A stretch of DNA of 64,000 nt from Escherichia coli. GTDB lineage: Bacteria; Pseudomonadota; Gammaproteobacteria; Enterobacterales; Enterobacteriaceae. The stretch lies in assembly GCF_036507355.1 (NCBI RefSeq), contig NZ_AP027877.1; one strand, given 5' to 3'. Below the pieces are notes generated by a model. It was not told where the DNA came from, ran no database searches, and saw only the letters and a program-made list of their open reading frames with translations. How positions within the stretch are numbered: the first letter of the stretch is position 1; the number at the start of each line of letters is the position of its first letter. The position numbers were made by a program, and so were the translations under genes. Positions 31,810 to 43,943 of this stretch are shown here, one piece after another.

Positions 31810-33204
31810 ATGACAAATCTAAAAAAGCGCGAGCGAGCGAAAACCAATGCATCGTTAATCTCTATGGTGCAACGCTTTTCAGATATCACCATCATGTTTG
31901 CCGGACTATGGCTGGTTTGCGAAGTCAGCGGACTGTCATTCCTCTACATGCAACTGTTGGTGGCGCTGATTACGCTGGTGGTGTTCCAGATGTTGGGCGG
32001 CATCACCGATTTTTATCGCTCATGGCGCGGTGTTCGGGCAGCGACAGAATTTGCCCTGTTGTTACAAAACTGGACCTTAAGCGTGATTTTCAGCGCCGGA
32101 CTGGTGGCGTTCAACAATGATTTCGACACGCAACTGAAAATCTGGCTGGCGTGGTATGGGCTGACCAGTATCGGACTGGTGGTTTGCCGTTCATGTATTC
32201 GTATTGGGGCGGGCTGGCTGCGTAATCATGGCTATAACAAGCGCATGGTCGCCGTAGCGGGGGATTTAGCCGCCGGACAAATGCTGATGGAGAGCTTCCG
32301 TAATCAGCCGTGGTTAGGGTTTGAAGTTGTGGGCGTTTACCACGACCCGAAACCGGGCGGCGTTTCTAACGACTGGGCGGGTAACTTGCAACAGCTGGTC
32401 GAGGATGCAAAAGCGGGCAAGATTCATAACGTCTATATCGCGATGCAAATGTGCGACGGCGCGCGAGTGAAAAAACTGGTCCATCAATTGGCGGACACCA
32501 CCTGTTCGGTGCTGCTGATCCCCGATGTCTTTACCTTCAACATTCTCCATTCACGTCTCGAAGAGATGAACGGCGTTCCGGTGGTGCCGCTGTATGACAC
32601 GCCGCTTTCCGGGGTTAACCGCCTGCTAAAACGTGCGGAAGACATTGTGCTGGCGACGCTGATCTTGCTGCTGATCTCCCCGGTGCTGTGCTGTATTGCG
32701 CTGGCGGTGAAACTCAGTTCACCTGGGCCGGTTATTTTCCGCCAGACTCGCTACGGCATGGATGGCAAGCCGATCAAAGTGTGGAAGTTCCGTTCCATGA
32801 AAGTGATGGAGAACGACAAAGTGGTGACCCAGGCGACGCAGAACGATCCGCGCGTCACCAAAGTGGGGAACTTTCTGCGCCGCACCTCGCTGGACGAATT
32901 GCCGCAGTTTATCAATGTGCTGACTGGCGGGATGTCGATTGTCGGTCCGCGTCCGCATGCGGTGGCGCATAACGAACAGTATCGACAGCTCATTGAAGGC
33001 TACATGCTGCGCCATAAGGTGAAACCGGGCATTACCGGCTGGGCGCAGATTAACGGCTGGCGCGGCGAAACCGACACACTGGAGAAAATGGAAAAACGCG
33101 TCGAGTTCGACCTTGAATACATCCGCGAATGGAGCGTCTGGTTCGATATCAAAATCGTTTTCCTGACGGTATTCAAAGGCTTCGTTAACAAAGCGGCATA
33201 TTGA
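31810..33204 (+). CDS. wcaJ: Undecaprenyl-phosphate glucose-1-phosphate transferase
   Basis: 464 aa; N-terminal TM helices plus C-terminal sugar-transferase domain (PGITGWAQINGWRGET). Confidence 0.95.
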   Translation: MTNLKKRERAKTNASLISMVQRFSDITIMFAGLWLVCEVSGLSFLYMQLLVALITLVVFQMLGGITDFYRSWRGVRAATEFALLLQNWTLSVIFSAGLVAFNNDFDTQLKIWLAWYGLTSIGLVVCRSCIRIGAGWLRNHGYNKRMVAVAGDLAAGQMLMESFRNQPWLGFEVVGVYHDPKPGGVSNDWAGNLQQLVEDAKAGKIHNVYIAMQMCDGARVKKLVHQLADTTCSVLLIPDVFTFNILHSRLEEMNGVPVVPLYDTPLSGVNRLLKRAEDIVLATLILLLISPVLCCIALAVKLSSPGPVIFRQTRYGMDGKPIKVWKFRSMKVMENDKVVTQATQNDPRVTKVGNFLRRTSLDELPQFINVLTGGMSIVGPRPHAVAHNEQYRQLIEGYMLRHKVKPGITGWAQINGWRGETDTLEKMEKRVEFDLEYIREWSVWFDIKIVFLTVFKGFVNKAAY

Positions 33205-33205
33205 T

Positions 33206-34684
33206 ATGAGCTTACGTGAAAAAACCATCAGCGGCGCGAAGTGGTCGGCGATTGCCACGGTGATCATCATCGGCCTCGGGCTGGTGCAGATGACCGTGCT
33301 GGCGCGGATTATCGACAACCACCAGTTCGGTTTGCTTACCGTGTCGCTGGTGATCATCGCGCTGGCAGATACGCTTTCTGACTTCGGTATTGCTAACTCG
33401 ATTATTCAGCGAAAAGAAATCAGCCACCTTGAACTCACCACGCTGTACTGGCTGAACGTTGGGCTGGGGCTTGTGGTGTGTGTGGCGGTGTTTTTGTTGA
33501 GCGATCTCATCGGCGACGTGCTGAATAACCCGGACCTGGCACCGTTGATTAAAACATTGTCGCTGGCGTTTGTGGTGATCCCCCACGGGCAACAATTTCG
33601 TGCGTTGATGCAGAAGGAGCTGGAGTTCAACAAAATCGGCATGATCGAAACCAGCGCGGTGCTGGCGGGCTTCACTTTTACAGTGGTTAGCGCCCATTTC
33701 TGGCCGCTGGCGATGACCGCGATCCTCGGTTATCTGGTCAATAGTGCGGTGAGAACGCTGCTATTTGGCTACTTTGGCCGGAAAATTTATCGCCCCGGTC
33801 TGCATTTCTCGCTGGCGTCTGTTGCGCCGAACTTACGCTTTGGTGCCTGGCTGACGGCGGACAGCATCATCAACTATCTCAATACCAACCTTTCAACGCT
33901 GGTGCTGGCGCGTATTCTCGGCGCGGGCGTGGCAGGGGGATACAACCTGGCGTACAACGTGGCCGTTGTGCCGCCGATGAAGCTGAACCCGATCATCACC
34001 CGTGTGTTGTTTCCGGCATTCGCCAAAATTCAGGACGATACCGAAAAGCTGCGCGTCAACTTCTACAAGCTGCTGTCGGTGGTGGGGATTATCAACTTTC
34101 CGGCGCTGCTCGGGCTGATGGTGGTGTCAAATAACTTTGTACCGCTGGTATTTGGCGAAAAGTGGAACAGCATTATTCCGGTGCTGCAATTGCTGTGTGT
34201 GGTGGGTCTGCTGCGCTCCGTAGGTAACCCGATTGGCTCGCTGCTGATGGCGAAAGCGCGGGTCGATATCAGCTTTAAATTCAACGTATTCAAAACATTT
34301 CTGTTTATTCCGGCGATTGTTATTGGTGGGCAGATGGCGGGCGCAATCGGCGTCACGCTTGGCTTCCTGCTGGTGCAGATTATCAACACCATTCTGAGTT
34401 ACTTCGTGATGATTAAACCGGTTCTTGGTTCCAGTTATCGCCAGTACATCCTGAGTTTGTGGCTGCCGTTTTATCTCTCGCTGCCGACGCTGGTGGTCAG
34501 TTATGCACTGGGCATTGTACTGAAAGGGCAACTGGCGCTGGGGATGCTGCTGGTGGTGCAAATAGCCGCAGGCGTGCTGGCGTTTGTGGTGATGATTGTG
34601 CTGTCGCGCCATCCGCTGGTGGTGGAAGTGAAGCGTCAGTTTTGTCGCAGCGAAAAAATGAAAATGCTTTTACGGGCGGGGTGA
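33206..34684 (+). CDS. wzxC: Colanic acid repeat-unit flippase
   Basis: 492 aa polytopic membrane protein; position in cluster. Confidence 0.9.
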   Translation: MSLREKTISGAKWSAIATVIIIGLGLVQMTVLARIIDNHQFGLLTVSLVIIALADTLSDFGIANSIIQRKEISHLELTTLYWLNVGLGLVVCVAVFLLSDLIGDVLNNPDLAPLIKTLSLAFVVIPHGQQFRALMQKELEFNKIGMIETSAVLAGFTFTVVSAHFWPLAMTAILGYLVNSAVRTLLFGYFGRKIYRPGLHFSLASVAPNLRFGAWLTADSIINYLNTNLSTLVLARILGAGVAGGYNLAYNVAVVPPMKLNPIITRVLFPAFAKIQDDTEKLRVNFYKLLSVVGIINFPALLGLMVVSNNFVPLVFGEKWNSIIPVLQLLCVVGLLRSVGNPIGSLLMAKARVDISFKFNVFKTFLFIPAIVIGGQMAGAIGVTLGFLLVQIINTILSYFVMIKPVLGSSYRQYILSLWLPFYLSLPTLVVSYALGIVLKGQLALGMLLVVQIAAGVLAFVVMIVLSRHPLVVEVKRQFCRSEKMKMLLRAG

Positions 34685-34714
34685 ATGGTTGTTTTAGGCT
34701 CCGACAACGGTTGC

Positions 34715-34900
34715 CGGGTGCAGCGTAAAACGCCTTATCCATCCTACGGTTCTGTGCTCGGGACCTGTAGGCCTGATAAGACGCGTCAGCGTCGCATCAG
34801 GCACTGAATGCCGGATGCGGCGTGAACGCCTTATCCGGCCTACGGTTCTGTGCTCGGGTCTTGTAGGCCTGATAAGACGCGCCAGCGTCGCATCAGGCAA
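34715..34900. repeat. REP/BIME cluster (about four REP units) between wzxC and wcaK
   Basis: Alternating gccggatgcggcgtgaacgccttatccggcctac and gtaggcctgataagacgcg(t/c)cagcgtcgcatcaggc units. Confidence 0.85.
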
Positions 34901-34959
34901 AAAACGGCAACGAACACAACAAACACAGCCTCACCTGGCATCAAATTTATGAGGAAAAA

Positions 34960-36240
34960 ATGAAATTACTTATTCTGGGCAACCACACTTGCGGCAATCG
35001 TGGCGACAGCGCCATCCTGCGCGGCTTACTTGATGCCATCAACATCCTCAATCCACACGCCGAAGTGGACGTGATAAGCCGCTATCCGGTCAGTTCTTCC
35101 TGGCTGCTCAACCGCCCGGTAATGGGTGATCCGCTGTTCCTTCAAATGAAACAACACAACAGCGCAGCGGGCGTTGTCGGGCGCGTTAAAAAAGTCCTCC
35201 GTCGCCGCTACCAGCATCAGGTATTGCTCTCACGCGTCACCGACACTGGCAAGCTGCGTAATATCGCCATCGCCCAGGGATTCACCGACTTCGTGCGCCT
35301 GCTGTCAGGTTACGACGCCATTATCCAGGTCGGCGGATCGTTTTTTGTCGATCTCTATGGTGTGCCGCAGTTTGAACACGCGCTATGCACGTTTATGGCG
35401 AAAAAGCCGCTGTTTATGATTGGTCACAGCGTCGGTCCGTTCCAGGATGAGCAATTTAACCAACTGGCGAACTACGTTTTTGGTCACTGCGACGCGCTGA
35501 TCCTGCGCGAATCGGTCAGCCTTGAACTGATGAAACGCAGCAATATCACCACTGCAAAAGTTGAACATGGCGTCGATACCGCGTGGCTGGTCGATCACCA
35601 CACCGAAGATTTCACCGCCAGCTATGCCGTCCAACACTGGCTGGACGTTGCCGCACACCAGAAAACGGTGGCAATTACCCTGCGCGAACTGGCACCGTTC
35701 GACAAACGTCTCGGCACCACTCAGCAAGCGTATGAAAAAGCCTTTGCCGGGGTGGTCAATCACATTCTCGATGAAGGGTATCAGGTGATTGCGCTCTCCA
35801 CCTGTACGGGCATCGACAGCTATAACAAAGACGACCGCATGGTGGCGCTCAACCTGCGCCAGCATATCAGCGATCCTGCCCGTTATCACGTAGTGATGGA
35901 TGAACTCAACGATCTGGAAATGGGCAAAATTCTCGGTGCCTGTGAACTCACCGTCGGTACGCGCCTGCACTCCGCCATTATCTCAATGAACTTTGCTACT
36001 CCGGCGATTGCCATCAACTATGAACATAAATCCGCCGGGATTATGCAGCAGCTGGGACTACCGGAGATGGCAATTGATATCCGTCATTTATTAGACGGCA
36101 GCCTGCAAGCGATGGTTGCGGATACCTTAGGCCAGCTTCCGGCGCTGAACGCACGACTTAGCGAAGCCGTCAGTCGTGAGCGTCAGACGGGAATGCAGAT
36201 GGTGCAGTCCGTACTGGAACGCATCGGGGAGGTGAAATGA
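34960..36240 (+). CDS. wcaK: Colanic acid pyruvyl transferase
   Basis: 426 aa; position in cluster. Confidence 0.9.
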   Translation: MKLLILGNHTCGNRGDSAILRGLLDAINILNPHAEVDVISRYPVSSSWLLNRPVMGDPLFLQMKQHNSAAGVVGRVKKVLRRRYQHQVLLSRVTDTGKLRNIAIAQGFTDFVRLLSGYDAIIQVGGSFFVDLYGVPQFEHALCTFMAKKPLFMIGHSVGPFQDEQFNQLANYVFGHCDALILRESVSLELMKRSNITTAKVEHGVDTAWLVDHHTEDFTASYAVQHWLDVAAHQKTVAITLRELAPFDKRLGTTQQAYEKAFAGVVNHILDEGYQVIALSTCTGIDSYNKDDRMVALNLRQHISDPARYHVVMDELNDLEMGKILGACELTVGTRLHSAIISMNFATPAIAINYEHKSAGIMQQLGLPEMAIDIRHLLDGSLQAMVADTLGQLPALNARLSEAVSRERQTGMQMVQSVLERIGEVK

Positions 36241-37457
36241 AGGTCGGCTTCTTCTTATTGAAATTTCCGCTGTCGTCAGAAACCTTCGTTCTTAACCAAA
36301 TCACTGCGTTTATTGATATGGGCTTTGAAGTGGAGATTGTCGCGCTGCAAAAAGGCGACACACAAAACACCCACGCGGCATGGACGAAATACAACCTTGC
36401 CGCCAGAACCCGCTGGTTACAGGACGAACCTACGGGCAAAGTGGCGAAACTGCGCCACCGAGCCAGTCAGACCTTGCGCGGCATTCATCGTAAAAATACC
36501 TGGCAGGCGCTCAACCTCAAACGCTATGGTGCCGAGTCGCGGAACCTGATTTTGTCTGCCATTTGCGGCCAGGTCGCAACACCGTTTCGCGCCGATGTGT
36601 TCATCGCTCATTTTGGCCCGGCGGGGGTAACCGCAGCAAAACTACGGGAACTGGGTGTCATTCGCGGCAAAATTGCCACTATTTTCCACGGCATTGATAT
36701 TTCCAGTCGGGAAGTGCTCAACCATTACACTCCCGAATATCAGCAACTGTTTCGACGTGGCGACCTGATGTTACCGATAAGTAATCTGTGGGCCGGAAGG
36801 CTGCAAAAAATGGGCTGCCCGAGGGAAAAAATTGCCGTATCGCGTATGGGCGTGGACATGACGCGTTTTAGCCCGCGTCCGGTGAAAGCGCCAGCAACGC
36901 CGCTGGAAATCATTTCCGTCGCACGCTTAACCGAGAAAAAAGGCCTGCATGTGGCGATCGAAGCCTGCCGGCAGTTGAAAGAGCAGGGCGTGGCATTTCG
37001 CTATCGCATCCTCGGCATTGGCCCGTGGGAACGACGCCTGCGCACCCTCATCGAACAATATCAACTGGAAGATGTGGTAGAGATGCCGGGCTTTAAACCG
37101 AGCCACGAAGTGAAAGCGATGCTCGACGACGCGGATGTCTTCCTGTTGCCATCGGTAACGGGCGCGGATGGCGATATGGAAGGCATTCCGGTAGCGCTGA
37201 TGGAAGCGATGGCGGTCGGCATTCCAGTGGTTTCTACTCTGCATAGCGGAATACCGGAATTGGTGGAGGCCGATAAATCCGGCTGGCTGGTGCCTGAGAA
37301 CGATGCTCGCGCACTGGCGCAACGCCTGGCGGCATTTAGCCAACTGGACACCGACGAACTGGCTCCGGTTATCAAACGTGCGCGCGAAAAAGTCGAACAC
37401 GATTTTAACCAGCAGATGATCAATCGAGAACTCGCCAGCTTGCTGCAAGCTTTATAG
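36237..37457 (+). CDS. wcaL: Colanic acid glycosyltransferase (GT4)
   Basis: 406 aa; position in cluster. Confidence 0.9.
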   Translation: MKVGFFLLKFPLSSETFVLNQITAFIDMGFEVEIVALQKGDTQNTHAAWTKYNLAARTRWLQDEPTGKVAKLRHRASQTLRGIHRKNTWQALNLKRYGAESRNLILSAICGQVATPFRADVFIAHFGPAGVTAAKLRELGVIRGKIATIFHGIDISSREVLNHYTPEYQQLFRRGDLMLPISNLWAGRLQKMGCPREKIAVSRMGVDMTRFSPRPVKAPATPLEIISVARLTEKKGLHVAIEACRQLKEQGVAFRYRILGIGPWERRLRTLIEQYQLEDVVEMPGFKPSHEVKAMLDDADVFLLPSVTGADGDMEGIPVALMEAMAVGIPVVSTLHSGIPELVEADKSGWLVPENDARALAQRLAAFSQLDTDELAPVIKRAREKVEHDFNQQMINRELASLLQAL

Positions 37458-37467
37458 AGGAGAACGC

Positions 37468-38862
37468 ATGCCATTTAAAACACTCTCCCGACGCACCTTC
37501 CTGACGGCAAGCTCGGCGCTTGCCTTCCTCCATACCCCTTTCGCTCGCGCACTTCCCGCCCGACAAAGCGTTAACATTAACGACTACAACCCTCACGACT
37601 GGATCGCCTCATTTAAACAAGCCTTCAGCGAAGGGCAAACGGTCGTCGTGCCTGCTGGATTCGTTTGTGACAATATCAACACCGGCATCTTCATCCCTCC
37701 CGGCAAAACGTTACACATCCTTGGAAGCCTGCGCGGCAACGGCAGAGGGCGATTTGTCTTACAGGACGGCAGCCAGGTGACAGGGGAGGAGGGCGGCAGT
37801 ATGCATAACATCACCCTGGATGTGCGTGGTTCTGACTGCACCATCAAAGGGCTGGCGATGAGCGGCTTTGGCCCGGTAACGCAGATTTATATCGGCGGCA
37901 AAAACAAACGGGTCATGCGCAACCTGACCATCGATAACCTGACCATTAGCCACGCTAATTACGCCATCTTACGGCAGGGATTTCATAACCAGATTATCGG
38001 TGCCAACATCACCAATTGTAAGTTCAGCGACTTACAGGGGGACGCTATTGAATGGAACGTGGCGATTAACGACAGTGATATTTTGATCTCCGACCATGTC
38101 ATCGAGCGCATCAACTGTACCAACGGCAAAATCAACTGGGGCATCGGTATAGGCTTTGCGGGAAGCACTTACGATAATAATTACCCGGAAGACCAGGCAG
38201 TGAAAAACTTTGTCGTGGCGAATATCACGGGATCGGATTGTCGGCAGTTGATCCATGTTGAAAATGGTAAACATTTTGTTATTCGTAATATCAAAGCCCG
38301 CAATATCACGCCGGATTTCAGTAAGAAAGCAGGCATTGATAACGCGACAGTTGCTATTTACGGTTGTGACAATTTCGTGATTGATAATATTGAAATGATT
38401 AATAGCGCCGGGATGTTAATCGGCTATGGGGTAATTAAAGGCAAATATCTCTCGATACCGCAAAATTTCCGAGTGAATAATATTCAACTGGATAACACCC
38501 ACCTTGCTTACAAATTGCGCGGCATCCAAATCTCCGCCGGGAATGCTGTCTCCTTTGTGGCGCTGACTAACATTGAGATGAAGCGTGCCTCGCTGGAGTT
38601 ACACAACAAGCCGCAACATCTTTTTATGCGTAATATCAAGGTGATGCAGGAATCCTCTGTTGGACCCGCATTGATCATGAACTTCGACATGCGCAAAGAC
38701 GTTCGAGGCGTCTTTATGGCGAAAGAAGAAACACTGCTGTCTCTTGCAAATGTTCATGCGGTGAATGAAAGAGGGCAAAGCTCCATCGATATCGACAGGA
38801 TTAATCACCATATTGTTAATGTGGAAAAGATTAACTTTAGATTGCCGGAACGGAGAGAGTAG
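37468..38862 (+). CDS. wcaM: Colanic acid biosynthesis protein WcaM (Tat-type signal, beta-helix-like)
   Basis: 464 aa; N-terminal [15 protein letters not shown]; last gene of cluster. Confidence 0.9.
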   Translation: MPFKTLSRRTFLTASSALAFLHTPFARALPARQSVNINDYNPHDWIASFKQAFSEGQTVVVPAGFVCDNINTGIFIPPGKTLHILGSLRGNGRGRFVLQDGSQVTGEEGGSMHNITLDVRGSDCTIKGLAMSGFGPVTQIYIGGKNKRVMRNLTIDNLTISHANYAILRQGFHNQIIGANITNCKFSDLQGDAIEWNVAINDSDILISDHVIERINCTNGKINWGIGIGFAGSTYDNNYPEDQAVKNFVVANITGSDCRQLIHVENGKHFVIRNIKARNITPDFSKKAGIDNATVAIYGCDNFVIDNIEMINSAGMLIGYGVIKGKYLSIPQNFRVNNIQLDNTHLAYKLRGIQISAGNAVSFVALTNIEMKRASLELHNKPQHLFMRNIKVMQESSVGPALIMNFDMRKDVRGVFMAKEETLLSLANVHAVNERGQSSIDIDRINHHIVNVEKINFRLPERRE

Positions 38863-39036
38863 ATTTGCGACCATTCCTGGAAAAATGGAGCCATACTTAA
38901 GAACAATGCTACTGCAATCCACAACGAAGCGGCGTAACATCACAAGTAATTCAGTAATCAATTCAGGGTAATTGATGCTGGCGAAGAAAATCGAACAAGC
39001 TATAATTCAGCAACCATTTTACAGGTGGATGAAATA

Positions 39037-39930
39037 ATGACGAATTTAAAAGCAGTTATTCCTGTAGCGGGTCTTGGGATGCATATGTTGCCTGCCACTA
39101 AGGCGATTCCCAAAGAGATGCTACCGATCGTCGACAAGCCAATGATTCAGTACATTGTTGACGAGATTGTGGCTGCAGGGATCAAAGAAATCCTCCTGGT
39201 AACTCACGCGTCCAAGAACGCGGTCGAAAACCACTTCGACACCTCTTATGAATTAGAATCTCTCCTTGAACTGCGCGTGAAGCGTCAACTGCTGGCGGAA
39301 GTACAGTCCATTTGCCCGCCGGGCGTGACAATTATGAACGTGCGTCAGGGTGAACCTTTAGGTTTGGGCCACTCCATTTTATGTGCACGACCTGCCATTG
39401 GTGACAATCCATTTGTCGTGGTGCTGCCAGACGTTGTGATCGACGACGCCAGCGCCGACCCGCTGCGCTACAACCTTGCTGCCATGATTGCGCGCTTCAA
39501 CGAAACGGGCCGCAGCCAGGTGCTGGCAAAACGTATGCCAGGTGACCTCTCTGAATACTCTGTCATCCAGACCAAAGAGCCGCTGGACCGCGAAGGTAAA
39601 GTCAGCCGCATTGTTGAATTCATCGAAAAACCGGATCAGCCGCAGACGCTGGAATCAGACATCATGGCCGTTGGTCGCTATGTGCTTTCTGCCGATATTT
39701 GGCCGGAACTTGAACGCACTCAGCCAGGTGCATGGGGGCGTATTCAGCTGACTGATGCCATCGCCGAACTGGCAAAAAAACAGTCCGTTGATGCCATGCT
39801 GATGACAGGTGACAGCTACGACTGCGGTAAAAAAATGGGCTATATGCAGGCATTCGTTAAGTACGGACTGCGCAACCTGAAGGAAGGGCCAAAGTTCCGT
39901 AAGAGCATTGAGAAGTTGCTCGGGGAATAG
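39037..39930 (+). CDS. galF: UTP-glucose-1-phosphate uridylyltransferase subunit GalF
   Basis: Start at [14 protein letters not shown] (297 aa). Confidence 0.95.
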   Translation: MTNLKAVIPVAGLGMHMLPATKAIPKEMLPIVDKPMIQYIVDEIVAAGIKEILLVTHASKNAVENHFDTSYELESLLELRVKRQLLAEVQSICPPGVTIMNVRQGEPLGLGHSILCARPAIGDNPFVVVLPDVVIDDASADPLRYNLAAMIARFNETGRSQVLAKRMPGDLSEYSVIQTKEPLDREGKVSRIVEFIEKPDQPQTLESDIMAVGRYVLSADIWPELERTQPGAWGRIQLTDAIAELAKKQSVDAMLMTGDSYDCGKKMGYMQAFVKYGLRNLKEGPKFRKSIEKLLGE

Positions 39931-40185
39931 ATCCAAGCCAATGTAACAATAATTTAGATAAATAGCGGCAGCTAACATTCCGGCGTCTATGCTTTAAACA
40001 AAGGAATGTTACTGTCGTTTTTCTTTTTAAAACAAAGAATAACAACGAGTTAACCTACTAAGTTTAATCTATTTTTTGTTGGATTTATCCTTGTTTCTGA
40101 CAGCATTTGGTAAGACAATTGGCGTTTGAATTTAAGATAGCTTTGCGATAGCTAGCGGGGCGGGGTACATCTTTGGCATTTTGCT

Positions 40186-40223
40186 AGTGCACTGGTAGCT
40201 GTTAAGCCAGGGGCGGTAGCGTG
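40186..40223 (+). promoter_or_regulatory. JUMPstart element with ops (GGCGGTAGCGTG at 40212-40223) in the O-antigen operon leader
   Basis: agtgcactggtagctgttaagccaggggcggtagcgtg; second exact ops copy in the window. Confidence 0.85.
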
Positions 40224-40322
40224 GTAAGATTGTGTTTATATGATGCGTTCTCAAAATAAGAAATAATAATCCTGACTATTTTTATACTATTGATAATATC
40301 TGAAATAAACTTAAGAGCAAAC

Positions 40323-41327
40323 ATGAAAGTAATTGTAAATAATTTTTTTGATGGTATTTTGAAAAGAGGAATACCGATCTATACTTCTGAACTTGTGCAA
40401 AAGTTAAGAGACAATAATGTTCAGGTTATTTATGTTGCATGTCCAAAAGCATTCCATAAGCTGCCTTCATGGTTTCTGAATGTTCTTTTTATAATAGTAG
40501 AGCAGCTTTTAATACCAATTATGGGTATATTTTATAGAACTAAGTATAATATATATCCCTATAATAGTAGTTCCATCATTGACTTGTTATTAGGTAAGGC
40601 AATTGTTATAATTCATGACTTCATTAGTCTTAAGAAAAATAAACGAAATCTTGCTGCCATTTATGTGAAAGTCTGTATTTATTTTTCATCTTTTTTAGCA
40701 AAGAAAGTAATATTTATTTCTCAAAGCACTCAGCGAGTATCTAAGAGAATATCGCTATTTAAGTGTATAGAATCTATCCTGCTCCCAAATCCATTTTTCT
40801 CATTTGAGAAAATTGCTAATGTTACCGAAATAAAAGATCTTGGATATTTACTTCTAGTTTCAGGTTTAGGGGATAATAAGGATCTAGGCACAGCTCTGGA
40901 CTATTATTTTTCAATCCCAAGGGAAGAAAGAATACCATTAAAAATATTAGGTTGTGGGAATGGTATTAGCAAGGTTAACGACTTAATTGATGGGCGGGAT
41001 ACAGATAAAGAAATTGAAATTATTGGTTTTGTTTCTTTAGAGGAAGTCGTCAAACTATATTGTAATTCTAAAATTGTTTGGGCTCATTCGCTTGCCGAGG
41101 GGTATGGGAGGACTTTAGCTGAAGCAAAACTCACATGCAAAAATGTTATATGCACACGGATCTCTGCTTTCCGCGAACAAAAGGATTCGAATATTTTCTT
41201 TTATACTTACTATTCTGAGTATTATGAAGTCTATTCATACTTGGTAGATAATTCACCCAGTGTCGAAAGGAAAGCTCTGCATGAACATATTTTATTTGAA
41301 AATGAATTGAGAAAGATTTATGAGTAA
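40323..41327 (+). CDS. O-antigen glycosyltransferase (GT1/GT4-like)
   Basis: AT-rich ORF; C-terminal EGYGRTLAEA resembles the GT4 E-x7-E motif; start could also be 40290. Confidence 0.7.
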   Translation: MKVIVNNFFDGILKRGIPIYTSELVQKLRDNNVQVIYVACPKAFHKLPSWFLNVLFIIVEQLLIPIMGIFYRTKYNIYPYNSSSIIDLLLGKAIVIIHDFISLKKNKRNLAAIYVKVCIYFSSFLAKKVIFISQSTQRVSKRISLFKCIESILLPNPFFSFEKIANVTEIKDLGYLLLVSGLGDNKDLGTALDYYFSIPREERIPLKILGCGNGISKVNDLIDGRDTDKEIEIIGFVSLEEVVKLYCNSKIVWAHSLAEGYGRTLAEAKLTCKNVICTRISAFREQKDSNIFFYTYYSEYYEVYSYLVDNSPSVERKALHEHILFENELRKIYE

Positions 41328-42522
41328 TATTGATATAAATAAGAAACAGATCTTAGTTTTGACTCCACGGTTCCCGTTTCCTGTCATTGGTGGGGATCGA
41401 TTACGTATCTATAAGATCTGTAAAGAACTGTCTAAGCATTATGATCTTACGTTGCTGAGTCTGTGTGATAAACGCGAAGAGCTCAACTATGAATATGATC
41501 GTGAAGTTTTTAGTAGTGTTCACAGAGTATATCTTTCAAAGAAAAAATCTATTTTAAATGTCATATTCTCTTTGTTTTCAAATACTCCCCTACAGATTGG
41601 GTATTATAAATCTAAAGAATTTGAAGATAAACTTAAGCAGTTATTACCTGAACATTCTGCAACTCTTTCACATTTGATAAGGGTTGGTGATTATGTGAAA
41701 GAGAATAAAGATATAAATTTTTTAGAGATGACCGATGCCATTTCACTTAATTATAAACGAGTAAAGGAAAAAGCATCTTTATTGAGTTTAAAAACATTTG
41801 TATATTCTTTTGAACAAAAAAGACTCGAACGATATGAGCGAACTATAAATAACAAGTTCAGCTTGACTACTTTAGTATCACAGGTTGACTCCGATTATTT
41901 ATATCCAGACCGTCCGAATAATGTATTAGTCTGTGGAAATGGTGTTGATGCCGTTAGCTTACCTTTTTCAGAACGAAAAATAGCTAAAGATAAAAAGATA
42001 ACCCTTGTATTTATAGGTAATTTATATTCTTTGCAAAATATGGATGGTGTGAGATGGTTCACCAAGGAAGTTTTACCATTTCTTAACAAGCATGGTAATT
42101 TTGAATTTAAGGTCATCGGACGTATTACAGATAAAGATAAGAGTTGGTTAGAAAGCCAGCCTGGCGTTGTTGTCACAGGTGAAGTTGATAGCATAACTTA
42201 TGCAGCAGCTGATGGGCATATTGGTGTATGTCCTATTAGATTAGGGGCAGGTATCCAAAATAAGGTACTTGAATATATGGCGTTGGGATTACCTTGTATC
42301 TCTTCTACTGTAGGCTTTGAAGGCTTGGGAGCAGAGGAGGGTAAGGAGATTTATGTTGCCAATACAAAAGAAGAATATTTACGTGTATTAAATTATTTTA
42401 TAACAAATCTGGATAAATATACCGAAACAGCATTAGTTGCGAAAAAGTTCATCGGTGAGAATTTTTCATGGGAAGCTAAATTGAGCCCATATATCCAGAA
42501 AATTAAGGAGTCTGTTAAATAA
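41320..42522 (+). CDS. O-antigen glycosyltransferase (GT4 family)
   Basis: 400 aa; GT4-like C-terminal domain ([22 protein letters not shown]). Confidence 0.75.
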   Translation: MSNIDINKKQILVLTPRFPFPVIGGDRLRIYKICKELSKHYDLTLLSLCDKREELNYEYDREVFSSVHRVYLSKKKSILNVIFSLFSNTPLQIGYYKSKEFEDKLKQLLPEHSATLSHLIRVGDYVKENKDINFLEMTDAISLNYKRVKEKASLLSLKTFVYSFEQKRLERYERTINNKFSLTTLVSQVDSDYLYPDRPNNVLVCGNGVDAVSLPFSERKIAKDKKITLVFIGNLYSLQNMDGVRWFTKEVLPFLNKHGNFEFKVIGRITDKDKSWLESQPGVVVTGEVDSITYAAADGHIGVCPIRLGAGIQNKVLEYMALGLPCISSTVGFEGLGAEEGKEIYVANTKEEYLRVLNYFITNLDKYTETALVAKKFIGENFSWEAKLSPYIQKIKESVK

Positions 42523-42523
42523 A

Positions 42524-43939
42524 ATGATTATCCCAATTATTATGGCCGGTGGTTCTGGTACTCGCTTATGGCCTCTTTCGCGTTCGTTATACCCGAAACA
42601 ATTTTTATCATTGATTAATGAAAATAGTTTGCTCCAGGAAACGTTGAAGAGACTTGATGGATTAAATTGTTTGCCTCCTGTCATTGTTAGCAATAATGAG
42701 CATAGATTTATTGTTGCTGAACAATTGCGCCAGTTCGGTGTGGATGACTTCCAGATTATTCTAGAACCTGTAGGTAGAAATACTGCGCCCGCCGTTGCGC
42801 TGGCTGCTCTAAAGTCTCTAGAACTCCATGGCGATCATCATATGCTGGTTCTTGCTGCTGACCATGCTATTCAGGATATTGAAGCCTTCCATGCAGCTGT
42901 TTTAGCTGCAGAACAAGAGTCCGTTGACAATAAGTTAGTGACTTTTGGCATCGTCCCGACCAAACCTGAAACTGGGTATGGCTATATTAAAAAGGGCGAA
43001 CAAGTTAAAAACTCTGTATTTAAAGTAAATTCTTTCGTCGAAAAACCTGATTTAGAAACGGCTAAAAATTATCTCGAACAAAAATGCTATTTGTGGAATA
43101 GTGGTATGTTCATGTTCAAGGCGAGCGTATATTTAGATGAATTGAAAAAATTTCGCCCTGATATTTTAGCAGCGTGTAAAGAGTCGCTTTCCAGTGCTAG
43201 TACTGATCTAGATTTTATCAGATTAAATTCTGATGTCTTTGCAGAATGTCCCGATGAGTCAATTGATTATGCGGTAATGGAAAAAACTCAGGATTGTGTA
43301 GTTATTCCACTTGATGCTGACTGGAGTGACATCGGTTCATGGACATCACTTTGGGAAATATCAGAGAAAGATGAACATGAAAACGTATCGCATGGCGATG
43401 TAATTAACTATAACAGCAGGAACAACTACATTTACTCTGAAGGTTCACTGATCAGCACTGTAGGAGTTAATAACCTTATTATAGTTCAAACTAAAGATGC
43501 GCTCCTGGTAGCACAGCAAGACAACGTACAAGACATAAAGAAGATTGTCGAAATTCTTAAAAAGCAAAAACGTAGCGAACATGTATCCCATCGCGAAGTC
43601 TATCGTCCTTGGGGACGTTATGATTCTGTAGAACGTGGCGACCGTTATCAGGTAAAACGTATTACCGTTAAGCCTGGTGAATGTCTCTCAACACAAATGC
43701 ATCATCATCGAGCTGAGCATTGGGTGGTTGTCGCTGGTACTGCAAAGGTGACTTGCGGCGAACGCACTTTTTTCGTCACTGAAAATGAGTCAACTTTCAT
43801 ACCAATTGGCACAGTTCATACCTTGGAAAATCCAGGAAAGATACCATTAGAAGTAATTGAGATTCAGTCGGGTGTATATCTAGGTGATGATGATATTGTG
43901 CGCCTAAGTGATAAATATGGTCGTGTTGAGGATAAATAA
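42524..43939 (+). CDS. manC: Mannose-1-phosphate guanylyltransferase (O-antigen copy)
   Basis: 471 aa; [16 protein letters not shown]; collinear with cpsB but AT-rich. Confidence 0.9.
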   Translation: MIIPIIMAGGSGTRLWPLSRSLYPKQFLSLINENSLLQETLKRLDGLNCLPPVIVSNNEHRFIVAEQLRQFGVDDFQIILEPVGRNTAPAVALAALKSLELHGDHHMLVLAADHAIQDIEAFHAAVLAAEQESVDNKLVTFGIVPTKPETGYGYIKKGEQVKNSVFKVNSFVEKPDLETAKNYLEQKCYLWNSGMFMFKASVYLDELKKFRPDILAACKESLSSASTDLDFIRLNSDVFAECPDESIDYAVMEKTQDCVVIPLDADWSDIGSWTSLWEISEKDEHENVSHGDVINYNSRNNYIYSEGSLISTVGVNNLIIVQTKDALLVAQQDNVQDIKKIVEILKKQKRSEHVSHREVYRPWGRYDSVERGDRYQVKRITVKPGECLSTQMHHHRAEHWVVVAGTAKVTCGERTFFVTENESTFIPIGTVHTLENPGKIPLEVIEIQSGVYLGDDDIVRLSDKYGRVEDK

Positions 43940-43943
43940 TTAT

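Noticed and set aside
32719-33357. 212-aa minus-strand ORF spanning the wcaJ/wzxC junction
   Set aside because: Antisense to two conserved colanic acid genes; no independent support.
34715-34900. Regularly repeated 35-40-bp units considered as a possible CRISPR array (also 30193-30293 and 5024-5109)
   Set aside because: Units match the E. coli REP/BIME consensus, alternate in orientation, have no unique spacers of constant length, and no cas genes are nearby.
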